Counted from the whole stretch's first letter, positions 32,401-44,197 are shown. The stretch is 62,992 nucleotides of DNA, filler included, from Stramenopiles sp. TOSAG23-6 (GCA_900128565.1; 9 parts of 9 records of this genome joined end to end with filler, not necessarily neighbours in it), one strand, 5' to 3'. The notes: generated by a model from the sequence alone, not told the origin. Program-made: numbers and translations.

Positions 32401-32966
32401 AAAAAAAAGATTTTTTTACATATGTTGTGGAGGTAACTGCACATGTCTCTCAGTCGTTACATTCTCCAGAAAGTGACAAAAATGATACACAAATGGATGA
32501 CAATGATTTCCCTGGTATTTCAGTTGATCATGGTATCACATACAAATGGTATTGCGCAAGAAGATATTCAGAATTTGAATTACTGTCAAAGTTTCCAAAT
32601 TGGGAATTAGGTTTTTTAGATTATCGAGAGCCTATATCGAATACTCCAGAAAAGTCTGAGAATAAAGAACAAATTCAAAAAATTTCTGAAATTAAAACAA
32701 ATGCGGCAAACAAGACTCGGTCTATTTTGAATACACTAATGCCAAGCAAAGGTCGCTTTGCTTTAAGTAGAAATTACGGTATGAAAGCTACTGTCGTTGG
32801 TGAAAGAAAAAAAGGATTTTCTTTATTATTGGAAAATTTGCTCCAATTGAGTAAAGCAACAAAGATTTTGCTCTCTACTAACCAGGCAAGTTACAGAAAT
32901 GAAAATATCGAAAGTATTTTGCTCCAGTTTTTTGAGGAGAACAGGAAAGATCTTCAAGTGGTTTGA
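29474..32966 (+). CDS. VPS13: VPS13-family lipid transfer protein, C-terminal part; exons 29474-29578, 29670-30925, 31022-31999 and 32104-32966
   Basis: GIGLSMID..PRE, QIDN, NIDNAPLRL, LGDPGGLV and Gly-rich GVTGLFTKPVDG..GLIVKPTAG..RVRLPR. Confidence 0.88.
29579..29669 (+). mobile_element. Introner-like family intron, GT-AT, 91 nt
   Basis: AT|GTACG...AATACAT|A, in frame. Confidence 0.85.
30926..31021 (+). mobile_element. Degenerate family intron, GT-AT, 96 nt
   Basis: A|GTATGTTTT...CAGTACAT|CC is in frame; the AG 5 nt upstream of the end would frameshift. Confidence 0.8.
32000..32103 (+). mobile_element. Degenerate family intron, GT-AT, 104 nt
   Basis: T|GTAAGTTTT...AATACAT|CA, in frame. 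Confidence 0.8.
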
Positions 32967-33169
32967 AGAATGATAAATTATATGGAATGACACTTGGTAA
33001 AATTCGAAATTGAATCTGTATTAAATACATAATGAATCAATCAAAAAATCAATAAAAACATCCTATAGAGTAGAATTAAGTGGTCATAATATTCTTTATT
33101 GCGTGAGTCATAAACAAAGACTGGCAATATTCTAAAGCAATATTAATATTTATCTAGATTCGTAAGCTT

Positions 33170-34104
33170 TCAACAGCAGTTTTTTTTCTTGCGGTTTCCA
33201 CCCTGAAGATTTGCTATCCTATTATTCCCGGCGCCATTGCTCGTAGTAGGATTTTTTTCCTGCTCTTCTTTAGCTTCAATTAGCATTGATGCCATATTAA
33301 GGAATGCAGCTTCAACATTCACAGCATTCTTTGCGCTTGTCTCGAAGAATGGTACATCAAGTTGGTTAGCAAAGTCTTTCCCTTCTTTAAAATTAACAGC
33401 TCTGTCAGTGCGATCACATTTGTTCCCTATCAGAAGTTTTTTACACAATCCTTGTTTCGCATAACGTTCGACTTCATTTAACCAATCTTGTACATGGTCA
33501 AACGAGTCCCTACGTGTGACATCATATACCATAATTATACCATCAGCTCCTCTGTAATAGGCCGAAGTGATAGTTCGAAATCGTTCCTGACCGGCAGTAT
33601 CCCATATTTGTAACTTCACTGTTTTCCCCCCAATCTTGACAGTACGAAATCGAAAGTCAACGCCGATTGTGCTAATATAACTCTCAGTAAATGAATTATC
33701 AGCAAATCGAAGAAGCAAACACGATTTACCAACACTAGAGTCTCCAATCAATACTAGTTTAAAGAGGTGGTCGCTGTGGATACGTTATACATCAAAGAAT
33801 ATATGTGTTAGGAAACATTCCTCTCGGATATTGGAGTAATTATAAGCATGAATGAAGACAATACTTTTACGAGTATTAGAACTCTTCATATTGAGAGAAA
33901 CATAGAGGAGACTACATCATAGGATATACACAACTTCACGTAAGGAAAGACTCAAAGTACACCAGATAATACATACAAAAGAAACGCAACACAAAAATAC
34001 AATTCGATACGAGTAGATAGTGGAAAACAACATCGATGAAAAATATAGTGAGGGAAATACAAGATCACTTACTAGTCTCTCTTGACGGCACCTGAATGAG
34101 CCAT
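33170..34104 (-). CDS. RAB1: Rab1/Ypt1 small GTPase; exons 34104-34073 and 33773-33170, canonical GT-AG intron 33774-34072
   Basis: [51 protein letters not shown] and C-terminal CC. Confidence 0.95.
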
Positions 34105-34368
34105 TCTACCTTGCCCTTATATTATATTGATAATATCAAGATAGGCTTACAAATTTTTTAACAGTCTCTGGAGTTGGAGTAATTTGGAAGAAAGGTTCGA
34201 GCGAGGATCTTAAGGATCCGCGCAAACCTGCTTCAAAAATGAAAAATTTTTAATCATTATCATCGAGCCAGTTCCTTTGAAATCAGCCTCCGATCAACTA
34301 GAGTCGCTTCATAGTAGTTTGCATAAAAAAAGTGTGTGTGTGATCTCATCATTCACTGATCTTCAACT

Positions 34369-35514
34369 ATGCCTCGTCAAGGATCAAAGAGAAAAAAGAC
34401 ACGTACGCATGTGGTATCTGATACTTCAAAGATAGAATCTATACCTCGCTCATTCGTAGTAAAACAAGGTCACTGTGGTCGTGGCATTCAATGTCTTGTT
34501 CGTGATATGCGCCAAGTCATGATGCCTCACACGGCAGCATCGCTCAAAGAAAGCCGTAAAGCTAAGATAAAAGATTATGTTGCCATTGCTGGTCCTATTG
34601 GAGTATCACATCTATTAATGTTTGCTCAGACACCTGATGGGAATAGCTCACTAAGAGTTGGTACTTTTCCCAGAGGTCCTACATGTTGGTACTCTGTTCA
34701 GAACTATTCACTTATGAAAAGTGTACATGGCATAACGAAACGTCCAATGTCACAAAAAGGATTATACCAAACTCCTCCTCTTGTTGTTATTAATAACTTT
34801 GATGTAAAAAAACCACACCAGAAACTTGCAACACTTACGTGGCAATCGCTTTTTCCAGCTCTCAATGTTGCGGATTTGAGGCTGTCTTCTTGCCGACGAG
34901 TAGTGCTGTTGGATTATGATAAAAAAACTGATTTGATTAAGTTTCGTCACTACGGAATCACACTAAAACCAGCTGGTTTATCAAGAAATGTGCGTAAGTT
35001 AGCCGCAGAGGCACAAATACCAAATATGCGAGGTGCCAAAGATATCAGTGAATTACTTTTAGGCGGTGGTGGAGGCGGTGGATCTGATAGTGAATTTGAA
35101 GATGAGACGTGTCAAGTTAAAATGACTGGAAATATTGGTCGAGGGAATATTGATGGGAATCAGAGTGCTGTTAGACTCGTTGAACTTGGTCCTCGTATGA
35201 ATTTGAAACTTGTAAAGATAGAGCAGGAGCTTTGTGCTGGTGAAGTTATGTATCATGCATATAAAACAAAATCTGTTGAAGAAAAAACAGCATTGAGAAC
35301 GAAAGCTATGGAAAAGAAACAACGCCGTGAGCAACAGAATGAAAATGTAAAACGAAAGCGTGAAGCAGAGGCAGCTAAAATTGCGGCAAAGAAACAAAGA
35401 CGTGATGAGAAAATGAAATTAAAGGAGACAAAAAAGAAAAGTAGTGATATCAATGCTGAAACAGAAGAAACAGAAGAAAGTATTTTGGAATGGAGTAATG
35501 ATGAGGATGAATGA
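34369..35514 (+). CDS. PPAN: Peter Pan / Ssf1 Brix-domain ribosome biogenesis protein
   Basis: RKKTRTH, VMMPHTA, PRGPT and VRLVELGPRMNLKLVKIE. Confidence 0.9.
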   Translation: MPRQGSKRKKTRTHVVSDTSKIESIPRSFVVKQGHCGRGIQCLVRDMRQVMMPHTAASLKESRKAKIKDYVAIAGPIGVSHLLMFAQTPDGNSSLRVGTFPRGPTCWYSVQNYSLMKSVHGITKRPMSQKGLYQTPPLVVINNFDVKKPHQKLATLTWQSLFPALNVADLRLSSCRRVVLLDYDKKTDLIKFRHYGITLKPAGLSRNVRKLAAEAQIPNMRGAKDISELLLGGGGGGGSDSEFEDETCQVKMTGNIGRGNIDGNQSAVRLVELGPRMNLKLVKIEQELCAGEVMYHAYKTKSVEEKTALRTKAMEKKQRREQQNENVKRKREAEAAKIAAKKQRRDEKMKLKETKKKSSDINAETEETEESILEWSNDEDE

Positions 35515-35679
35515 GTAATAAACTAGTATATAACTATAATATTTCGGAATTTTATTTTATTTTATTTATGTGTTGTGAAGAAAATGTCATAATAAAAAAT
35601 AGCAACTTTTTCAAATTCGATTTTTTTTTCGTACGGAATTTTGTACCTAACAAATTTAAGTTTTTTTTTTTAAATAGTA

Positions 35680-37366
35680 TTATTGGTCAGCAAGCTCTTG
35701 GAGATATCGACCAAGTAACTTAATTCCATTGAAATAATTCGTACAATTAATCTTTTCATTTTGAGAGTGCGCCATATCATCACCTGCTCCAATAGGTAGC
35801 AACAATACTTGTTTCTTTAGTGCTTTTTCAAATACTATTGTGATAGGTATAGAACCACCTTCACGTGTCAAATCTGGTTCAATGTATTGTGAAAAAATAT
35901 ATTTTTTTAAATTTGTTAGGTACAAAATTTCGTACGAAAAAAAAATAGACAAAAAAAATGAAAACGTACATTCCGTAGACTTTCTTAATAGCTAATCTAC
36001 CAGCTAAAAAATTGTTCCCATCTGGATTTGTCACCCAAGCAGGGGATCCTTTATCCATAATTAATGTATTTTGGAAAAATATTTCAAAATTTTCTTAAAA
36101 AAAAAATTGTTAGGTACAACATTTCGTACGAAAAAAAAAATCGATTTTTTTGTTAAAAAAAAAATTAAACATACATTCATATCTGTTAGGAGAATCTAGT
36201 TTACACCATTCAGAAGCAATATGTGCTTGAACGAGTTCATTGACACGAGATGGAGTCATATCGGGAACTAAGCGCAACGAAAACTTTGCAATCACTTTCC
36301 GCGGAATAACAGTTTTCGAACCACATCCATAAAAAGCGCCTTCAATTCCATGTATACTCAGCGTAGGAAACCGCCATCGATGCATCAATACATTTTTTTT
36401 TGTAGTATGAAGTAGTCTATTACTAATACCATTCACTCCAACATCAATTTGATACTGTTTAAGATCAAAATCAATTGTATTATAGGTATCTTCTTCTTCT
36501 TGAGTCACTGGTTTTACATCATCATAAATACCAGCCACACAAATTCGTCCCTGAGAATCAACTAAACCCGATAACAAAATGGTTAAATCCGTCATAGCTT
36601 CATGAACACTTCCTCCAATAACGCCACTATGTAAATCCTTTGAAGAGCATTCTACACTCAAATGAAAATATGAAAGACCTCTTAAACCGTACGTTAAGCA
36701 TGGCTTTGTACACCCCAACCAATAATTATCACTAATACAACAAAAGTCAATTGTCGAAGGATCCAAAAACTCTTTTGATGTAGCTAATGATTTCACTAAA
36801 GTTGGGAGACCAACACTTCCACTCTCTTCCATACCTTCAAAAATACACTTCACGTTTAATGGTAAGTCAATACCACAACGTTGAAACGCTTCAATCGCCC
36901 AGAGCCAACAAAGCATTGGCCCCTTATCATCAGTAGATCCACGGCCATAGAGCTTACCATCCTTTTCAGTCAAAACCCAAGGATCTGTTGACCATCCATC
37001 ACTGACATAGGCGGGTTGAACATCTAGATGACCATATACTAAAATTGTCTTCTTTTCTGGATCATTTCCGAACTGGGCACAAAGTACTGGTGGGAGTGCA
37101 ATTTCATCACCATTTGCATGTTTTTGCATTCCTAAATACTCTAATTTTGTCGTTGCACCAAGTTTTTTACACCATGATTGGCAAGTCTTTACCATCTTTA
37201 CAACTTCAGGCCTTTTTTCTGGTTCCGCTGATACACTGCGAATGGCCACAGCTTCTTCTAATCGTTTTATATAACTATCAGTATTTGCATCTACATATGC
37301 CGAAAAAATATCAAAATTTTTTTCTTTCGTTGAATGTGCCACCTTTTGCCGCTTATTAGAAGACAT
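35680..37366 (-). CDS. CNDP2: Cytosolic non-specific dipeptidase (M20); exons 37366-36175, 36063-35970 and 35881-35680
   Basis: [42 protein letters not shown] and AHSQNEK. Confidence 0.93.
35882..35969 (-). mobile_element. Introner-like family intron, GT-AT, 88 nt
   Basis: Removal restores [16 protein letters not shown]. Confidence 0.9.
36064..36174 (-). mobile_element. Introner-like family intron, GT-AT, 111 nt
   Basis: GAA T|GTATG...AATACAT|TA, in frame. Confidence 0.88.
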
Positions 37367-37717
37367 ACTGTCTCAAGGAGTAAAATGTAATGCTACAACC
37401 TGCAGTTTTTTTTAACTAAAAAAAACTATAAAAAAAACTATTTTCATTTCATTTGTACGAAGAAAGCGAAAGGTCCTTCCTAAAGAGGAGCGGCCGAGCA
37501 AACCGAACAAACCTGCTTTGTTGCGATTTTTTGACGTCGAGTCGTCGACTACGACTAGAGGAGTGGACACTAAAAAAAAGGAGGAGGAGCAGACAGCAGA
37601 GAGATTGAAGAGTACGTAGACCACAAATGCGCTATAAAACACAAATGTCTGACTAATGCTCTGATTAAATCCCAGTATATACATCACTTAGGTCGGTAAA
37701 TTTAAATAGATTACACG

Positions 37718-39099
37718 ATGCATTTACAGCATATATCGTTGTGTATATTTGTATCATTGAACATCCTTTCAAGTTGTGGTTTACAAACATCAACGGGCAA
37801 AGAGCCACCTTCTCTGATTGAGAAACCTCCACAAATAATAGAAAAAAATGTGAACAATCGTTCTGTACAATGCGCATCAAACAGAAACTCCCACTTAAAT
37901 TTGATTGTTTTTACACTTTTCTTTGATCAGCCGATATTATTCTCAAATACCGCTCTACCTGATGTTTTGCGAGATATGACGGCTTTGAGGAAAATGGATC
38001 ACTTGTTTACTTTACAGTGCCAGCACAAGTATTATCGTCCAGGTTTGTCTCGGTATCAAAGCGAAAGGCAGCCTATTTTATTTGTTATTCCACTTGAGCA
38101 AGTAATATCTGAATATCAAAAGAAGTTTCAGATTCAGAATATAGAAAATATCCCAAATCCTTCAAATACAACACATACAAAAAGCACAAAAAGTAAAATA
38201 GAGCCTAGTCAAATGCTTCAAATAGCACTTGCTCACCCACCACATACTGTACAGGTTAATCCACAAAATTGTAAACTACTTTATCGGCCCTATACGGAAA
38301 AAGGAAAGAATCGATATTCATTGAAAAGTGTTACAGACATAGAATTTAGTCAAAATATTATCCGTTTTAATTTTCCAAAGAAACCCTTATCAAAATTATT
38401 CACTAGGAAAATTCGGAAGTTTTCTTATCATCACATTATTCCATATTTACTTGCTCAAACAACAGATGCAAATGCTACACTGAACACTATAAAACCTATA
38501 AAATTGAGCACAGAAGATGTCAGTATTACAAAAGAAGACAATGATTTAAATGTAAAGATGGAAGAAAAACATACTTCAAAATATTTTATAAATAAAAAAA
38601 AAGCAAATGATATTCATTCCGGAAGTCGAACATTACTCACTGTATTAGATGATGCACCATTGAGAACAATTCCTGAAATACAAAGTCTTCAAATGTCTCG
38701 CCAAATAAATAATAATCAAATTTATGAAATGACAGAAATGGATGAATCAATGCTAAGTTTACTAGAGATTTCTAATAAATTACGTACCTTAACAAGTACG
38801 TTTTCATTATGAATTTCAATTTTTTTTTTAGTTTTCGTACGNNNNNNNNNTTTCGAATTTAATTTTTTTTAACAATACATGTAGTGGCGAAAAGGTTTCA
38901 ATGAAAACGATAGAGGAGGTCATAATAAACCCTATAGGATTCGTTGCAGGCAATATCATACCTACCGTTCTTTTCTGGATTTTGAAAGAACCTTGTGTTG
39001 TTTTAATTGAATGGATTTTAGAAAATATGCTAATGCCCCCTTTCACACAACCTGTCTTGGATAATTTAGATAGTAATGGCGATATTTCATATGAAATTC
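37718..39099 (+). CDS. Hypothetical secreted protein, 3'-truncated; family intron at 38796-38880 (GT-AT, contains Ns)
   Basis: Signal-peptide-like N-terminus; intron removal joins ORFs 37718 and 38901 in frame. Confidence 0.6.
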
Positions 39100-39199
39100 N
39101 NNNNNNNNNNNNNNNNNNNNNNNNNNNNNNNNNNNNNNNNNNNTTAATTAATTAANNNNNNNNNNNNNNNNNNNNNNNNNNNNNNNNNNNNNNNNNNNN

Positions 39200-39586
39200 A
39201 AAAAAACGAGGTGTTGATTACTACACGTTATGTATGTTTTATTTTTTTTTTTTTATGATTTTTTTTTTCATACGAAATTTTGTACCTAACAATTTTTTTT
39301 TTTTTTTGAAAATTTTTTCCAAGGATATGTCTGCGCAAGACGAGCAGCAAGATTTCCAGTCTCAAATGAAGCTCAACGTGTTGTTCAAAATCATCGAGAT
39401 TTTGAAAATCTTCGCCAAATTGATGAGAGAGAAAAAAAAGTCCGAGATTGGCATTTACAATCAGGATTTTGTGAATATGGAGAACTGCCTAATACATTTA
39501 AATATGCATTATTATGGGATAAAATGTTAACAACACCAGAAAAAGATCGACTTGTTGCATCACAACCGATGACGTCACTTTTCTAA
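39200..39586 (+). CDS. 3' fragment of an unknown gene with a family intron at 39232-39328
   Basis: TAT|GTATG...GATAT|GTC gives an open frame to TAA at 39586; frame assignment is uncertain. Confidence 0.45.
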
Positions 39587-39935
39587 AAATAAATAAATTA
39601 ATTGAATTTTCAAACAGATTATCATAGAAACTTTGTCAATATTCCATTAGGTTCATTTTCAAAAAAAGGTAGGTACGTTTTCAAAATTCTAATAATTCTA
39701 TATACTGTAGTTATAAAATTAATATAGGTATTTCAAATTTTTGGTATGTACGTTTTCATCTGGATTTCGTGTATAGCTTAACGTACGTTTTGATCAGTCG
39801 ATCAGTCCGTTTTCTACGATACACATGGTATCCTTGTTTTGTGAGTGTGTGTATGTGTGTGTGTATACAGCACTTTTTACACACGAGAGCATAATAAGAG
39901 CATAGTAATTTATTACATAAGTTGTAACATCTAGT

Positions 39936-42005
39936 ATGAGGTATTGCAGTATGCGCGTCCTGTTAGTTGTTGTGTTGATGTCTCTGTCAGGTGTATTTGT
40001 ATATGCTAGTGGTTCCGTCTCATCTGCAAGAAGTCTTTCGCGGAAGAAGGAAAGACCTTTTGTTACAGATGTTTTGACCAAATCTCCTTCGTCGAGTCTA
40101 CGTACTGAAATGATACATGATGGTGGAACATATTCTGGAGCTGAAGCTGCCATCGACAACTTTAGAGACATTTTGCTTAATCAAATCGACAAATTCTATG
40201 AAGAAAATCCTGGCATCAAAAATGGTACGCGCTCAGTTTGTAGTTTGTATGCGGGTAAAAGCATTCGTGAATTGGTCGAAATTGTGGACACATCTGAACC
40301 CAACAACTTCGAACATATACAGAGGTGTCTATTTCGGGGTAGTCGAGATGATCAATGGTCAGTGTTTTTTTCTCGTGTAGATGGAGAACCCTCAGTACCC
40401 TCCTCTGATTCGGAATTGACAACTACTTTTCTAAGCACTATGTATGAATCGGAAATTGGCTGGTCACGCAGAATAATCTGGAACAAAAGAAGAGTTTATA
40501 CTACGTTAGGTGTAGATACAAGACACCTAAACAGTATTCAACACGATGCTGAGTACGAATATGTATGGAAGTCCCTTCAACACTTTTTGCCATATGTAAA
40601 CTTTAATTTTGACGAATTAAAATATAGAAAGAGTGTCATGATATGCGTAATAAGGTTTGCGCTGTTTGCGGGGCAACTTTCTAAAGAACTACATAATTTA
40701 ATGCAACATGTTCAAAAACAAGACGTCGACATATTACGGAAAGGTAGGTTTTTATATCATGTCACGTGTAATGCCTTTGATGAATTTACTACACCCAACA
40801 CGTGGTTTGGGATGGATGTTTCTCAGGGCATTGGTTTAAAAATGAAACAATGTAGTATGAAATATAAGCAGATGTATATAAAACAGTGTACGGTAAATCA
40901 AAATATCGAGTTATACACTCTTTCTACACAGACAGAAGCAAAATGGAAACTCTTTGGTGAAAGCAACCTTTTTCCCATCATTGAAGACTGGTATACTCTA
41001 AGAGTAGGCTTCACTCAGGTATATCCTATTTTAACAATTTATCAGAAAACTGATGGATGGTATAATTTTATTGACCAGAATGAGGTGATGCTAAATTCAA
41101 AGGGTATTCAAAAGGTTTCCTGTGACACGTTTTTAGTAATACCCAACGCAAACCTAACTCAATTACCATATCAGGGCCGAGGATTATCTAGTGGCTCTGA
41201 GCTGTATAGGCTATACGCGTTAAAAGAAGAACAAGATGACACAGGCATATCAGTAAGAGTGAGAACGACACCCGCTTGGGCACCCAATGAAACATGGAGT
41301 TTTTTAGAGACAGAACTGTCCAAGCAATCGACAACACCAAAACAAAATTTACAGTTGAAAAGGGCAATTTGTTTATCAGAGAAAATATATAATCAGTTAG
41401 ACAAGGTCGAATTTCAAACACCTATAAAAATCCTTCAAGCACCTAAGAATACACATCAAGCACCTATGAATATATTTTACCCTTTAACAAAAATGCAGTA
41501 TGCTATTTTCGATAAATGTATATGTTATTGTGATCGCACAGGGTTTGATGTCTGTAGGTTTTTGCATCATAACGGAGAAGGTTCTCTGAAAAAGCTCATT
41601 ACACAAGAGAACAATACGGAATTATTCCTTCTTTTGTGTTCACATTACGATTACGAGAGTGACAAGTTGAGTAATCTCCAAGATGATATGTTGGAAACAG
41701 CTGGTGTTTCCAAGATTTTCTGGAGAAGAAGAATACTTCGATGGGCTTCGCAACATGGTGGAGTACGAGCAGTGCCAGAACGAAACTCTATGTTACGCTT
41801 ACCTCAAAGACCGTATGGTGCTTTGCGAAATAAAACAGTAGAAACAGTGCCGGAACAACCAGAGTTTAGCATTACAATAAATAAGATTCATAACAATTGG
41901 GATAATGGTAAGAAGCATACGTTTTCAAACAATGATGTATATCCTCTAATGGAATTTATTTTGAAGGAGTTTCCTACACACACATCGAACAAAAAATATT
42001 TATAA
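39936..42005 (+). CDS. Secreted hypothetical protein, 689 aa, possible ADP-ribosyltransferase-like region and SAM-like C-terminal motif
   Basis: Signal peptide; LYH...WF...DGW...QNEV spacing; LQDDMLETAGVSKIFWRRRILR. Confidence 0.7.
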   Translation: MRYCSMRVLLVVVLMSLSGVFVYASGSVSSARSLSRKKERPFVTDVLTKSPSSSLRTEMIHDGGTYSGAEAAIDNFRDILLNQIDKFYEENPGIKNGTRSVCSLYAGKSIRELVEIVDTSEPNNFEHIQRCLFRGSRDDQWSVFFSRVDGEPSVPSSDSELTTTFLSTMYESEIGWSRRIIWNKRRVYTTLGVDTRHLNSIQHDAEYEYVWKSLQHFLPYVNFNFDELKYRKSVMICVIRFALFAGQLSKELHNLMQHVQKQDVDILRKGRFLYHVTCNAFDEFTTPNTWFGMDVSQGIGLKMKQCSMKYKQMYIKQCTVNQNIELYTLSTQTEAKWKLFGESNLFPIIEDWYTLRVGFTQVYPILTIYQKTDGWYNFIDQNEVMLNSKGIQKVSCDTFLVIPNANLTQLPYQGRGLSSGSELYRLYALKEEQDDTGISVRVRTTPAWAPNETWSFLETELSKQSTTPKQNLQLKRAICLSEKIYNQLDKVEFQTPIKILQAPKNTHQAPMNIFYPLTKMQYAIFDKCICYCDRTGFDVCRFLHHNGEGSLKKLITQENNTELFLLLCSHYDYESDKLSNLQDDMLETAGVSKIFWRRRILRWASQHGGVRAVPERNSMLRLPQRPYGALRNKTVETVPEQPEFSITINKIHNNWDNGKKHTFSNNDVYPLMEFILKEFPTHTSNKKYL

Positions 42006-42420
42006 AGTTTTTATTTTATTATAAAAAAATTATTTCTGCAGTCAATTTTTAGTATATATATTTGATTGCTGAGTGTGTAGTACCACTTGCCTTGCTACTT
42101 TTTTTTTTTTTAAACTAATAAGAAAGCAATCTAGTTCATCTTAATATCAATATATAAGAAGATGTTATATGGATAAACGAAAATCATAAGTAACAAGATG
42201 CATTTAAAATATTTTTAATCATTGAACTTAACTGTATTCAATGACGAATTTTATTTTTCATAATAATAATAGCTATAAATAATATTTTAGGGTTAGGGTT
42301 TTCTTTTTTTGACTCCTTAAAATCTTGACTTTGTGAGAGAAATTGCGAGAGGAATAAAAAATTGGAAAAATTAATTGTTATAAAAATCACGTCAAGGTAG
42401 GTGTGAGTGTTTTGTCGAAA

Positions 42421-43707
42421 ATGTCTTTAAATGCTTCCCCCAGTATTGCTTCAGTTTCTGTAGATGTTGCCACTGAGGATTTGTTTAGCATAGAAGATAA
42501 TCCATTTGGTGATTCCCCTAAAAATGATTCCGCCTCGACACAAGTCAACTTGGAAAGTTTTCCAAAATCCTCTCTCAGTTCTCCGGCCCTTGCGTCTGTT
42601 GTTAGCGTTGCTTCTAGTGTAGATGGTGGTTTAGAAAACGATCAACTTTTGCATGAGCGAACCAATTCATTTGGTGGTGCTAACTGTGGTGGTCGCATTC
42701 AGGATGATGGGGAAGATTTCCATGTCTGTAGAGAAGGTATGTTCGATTATCCCCCAGATCGAAACTTTGGTGGAGATACAGATGGAATGATTGGGCTTCC
42801 TCGTTGTTGTTATAAACGTAGAATAGGCCGAGCATATATATGTTGGGAATCGAAACGTAGAAAAGATAAATCAAATATAAAATGTATGATAGGTGCATGC
42901 TGGCCAATGATGTTTTTCACTATAGCTTTGATTATTGGAATCGCCAGTTTTGTCTATTTCACGGCATTACCTAATTTATCCTGGCCTTTTTGGGTTGCTT
43001 CATTTCTTGTCACTGGACTAACTGTAGGTGCATTGTCATGTACATCATGTTCGGATCCTGGTATTTTCCCGAGATACACATCTCCTGAAGGCGATCATTG
43101 GCGATATTGCGAGCGTTCAGATTCCTATCGACCTCCAGGTGTACGTTTTATATGAATTTTTTTTTCTATAATTTTTTTTTCATACGAAATTTCGTACCTA
43201 ACGATTTTTTTTACAATAATTTTTTTTCTATAATTTTTTTTTCATACGAAATTTCGTACCTAACGATTTTTTTACAATAATTTTTTTTTGTGTACAACAC
43301 ATGTCGTGTTCTGTCATGAAAGTCAGTTTCTTGTAAAGGACATTGATCACTTCTGTCCCTGGACTGGGACTACAATTGCTAAAGATAATCTCATATATTT
43401 TCAATGTTTTGTTAGTATGCTTTGTTTTCACATTGTATTTCTAGTTTTTATCAGTCTAATGGCAGTAGAGCCACATGTATGTTAATTTTTTTTTCAATTT
43501 CGAATTTATTTATTTTTTATAGTAAACTTTGTACCTAACAATTTTTTTTTTAAACTTTGTACCTAAAAATTTTTTTTTTTTTTTTTTTTGAAATATTTTT
43601 CAAAAAAAATCGAATTTTTTTTTGATTTTTTATAGTAAATTTTGTACCTAACAAATTTTATATATATTTTTTTCACAATACATGTTCGAAATAATGTTTC
43701 GCCTTAG
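42421..43707 (+). CDS. DHHC-type palmitoyltransferase (DHFC variant); exons 42421-43140, 43303-43476 and 43684-43707
   Basis: SDPGI, C..SDSYRPPG..C....DHFCPWTGTTIAKDN..F; transmembrane helices. Confidence 0.85.
43141..43302 (+). mobile_element. Family intron, GT-AT, 162 nt, with internal tandem duplication
   Basis: Core present twice; removal restores RPPG-VVFC. Confidence 0.85.
43477..43683 (+). mobile_element. Family intron, GT-AT, 207 nt, three TTTGTACCTAA cores
   Basis: CAT|GTATG...AATACAT|GTT. Confidence 0.75.
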
Positions 43708-44197
43708 GGTTATAGGGTTCCTAACCCTAATACACGAAATTCTGTTTCACATTAAATTATAAATATTCATACACAAAACTTTTATTGTTATATATTTTAT
43801 TTATGATTGTAATTGATTTTATTTTAAATATATTGTATCTGTTTTTAATATTTTTTTTCCATTTTTTTTTTTCCAGAATATATGGACACAACCAACATAC
43901 ATTCATTTATTATCCCAATATTTTTTTTTTTAACTTTTTCCAATTTTTATATATTTTTTTTACATTGTATTTCTACTTTTTTTTTTTCGCATATTTTTTT
44001 TTTAACTTTTTTCCAGTTTTTTTTTTTTTTTTGTTCATTGCGATTGTTCCCGATTTCACTTTTTTTTTTTCCCCAATTTTTATATTTTTTCCATCTTTGT
44101 ATTTTTTTTCCCAGTTTTTATATTTTTTTTTATTTTTCCCAATTTTTATATTTTTTTTTATTTTTCTCATTTTTTTTCTTTTGATCTATTGTATTTC

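Noticed and set aside
43785-44190. Phe-rich and Lys-rich ORFs
   Set aside because: They are translations of a low-complexity poly-T tract.
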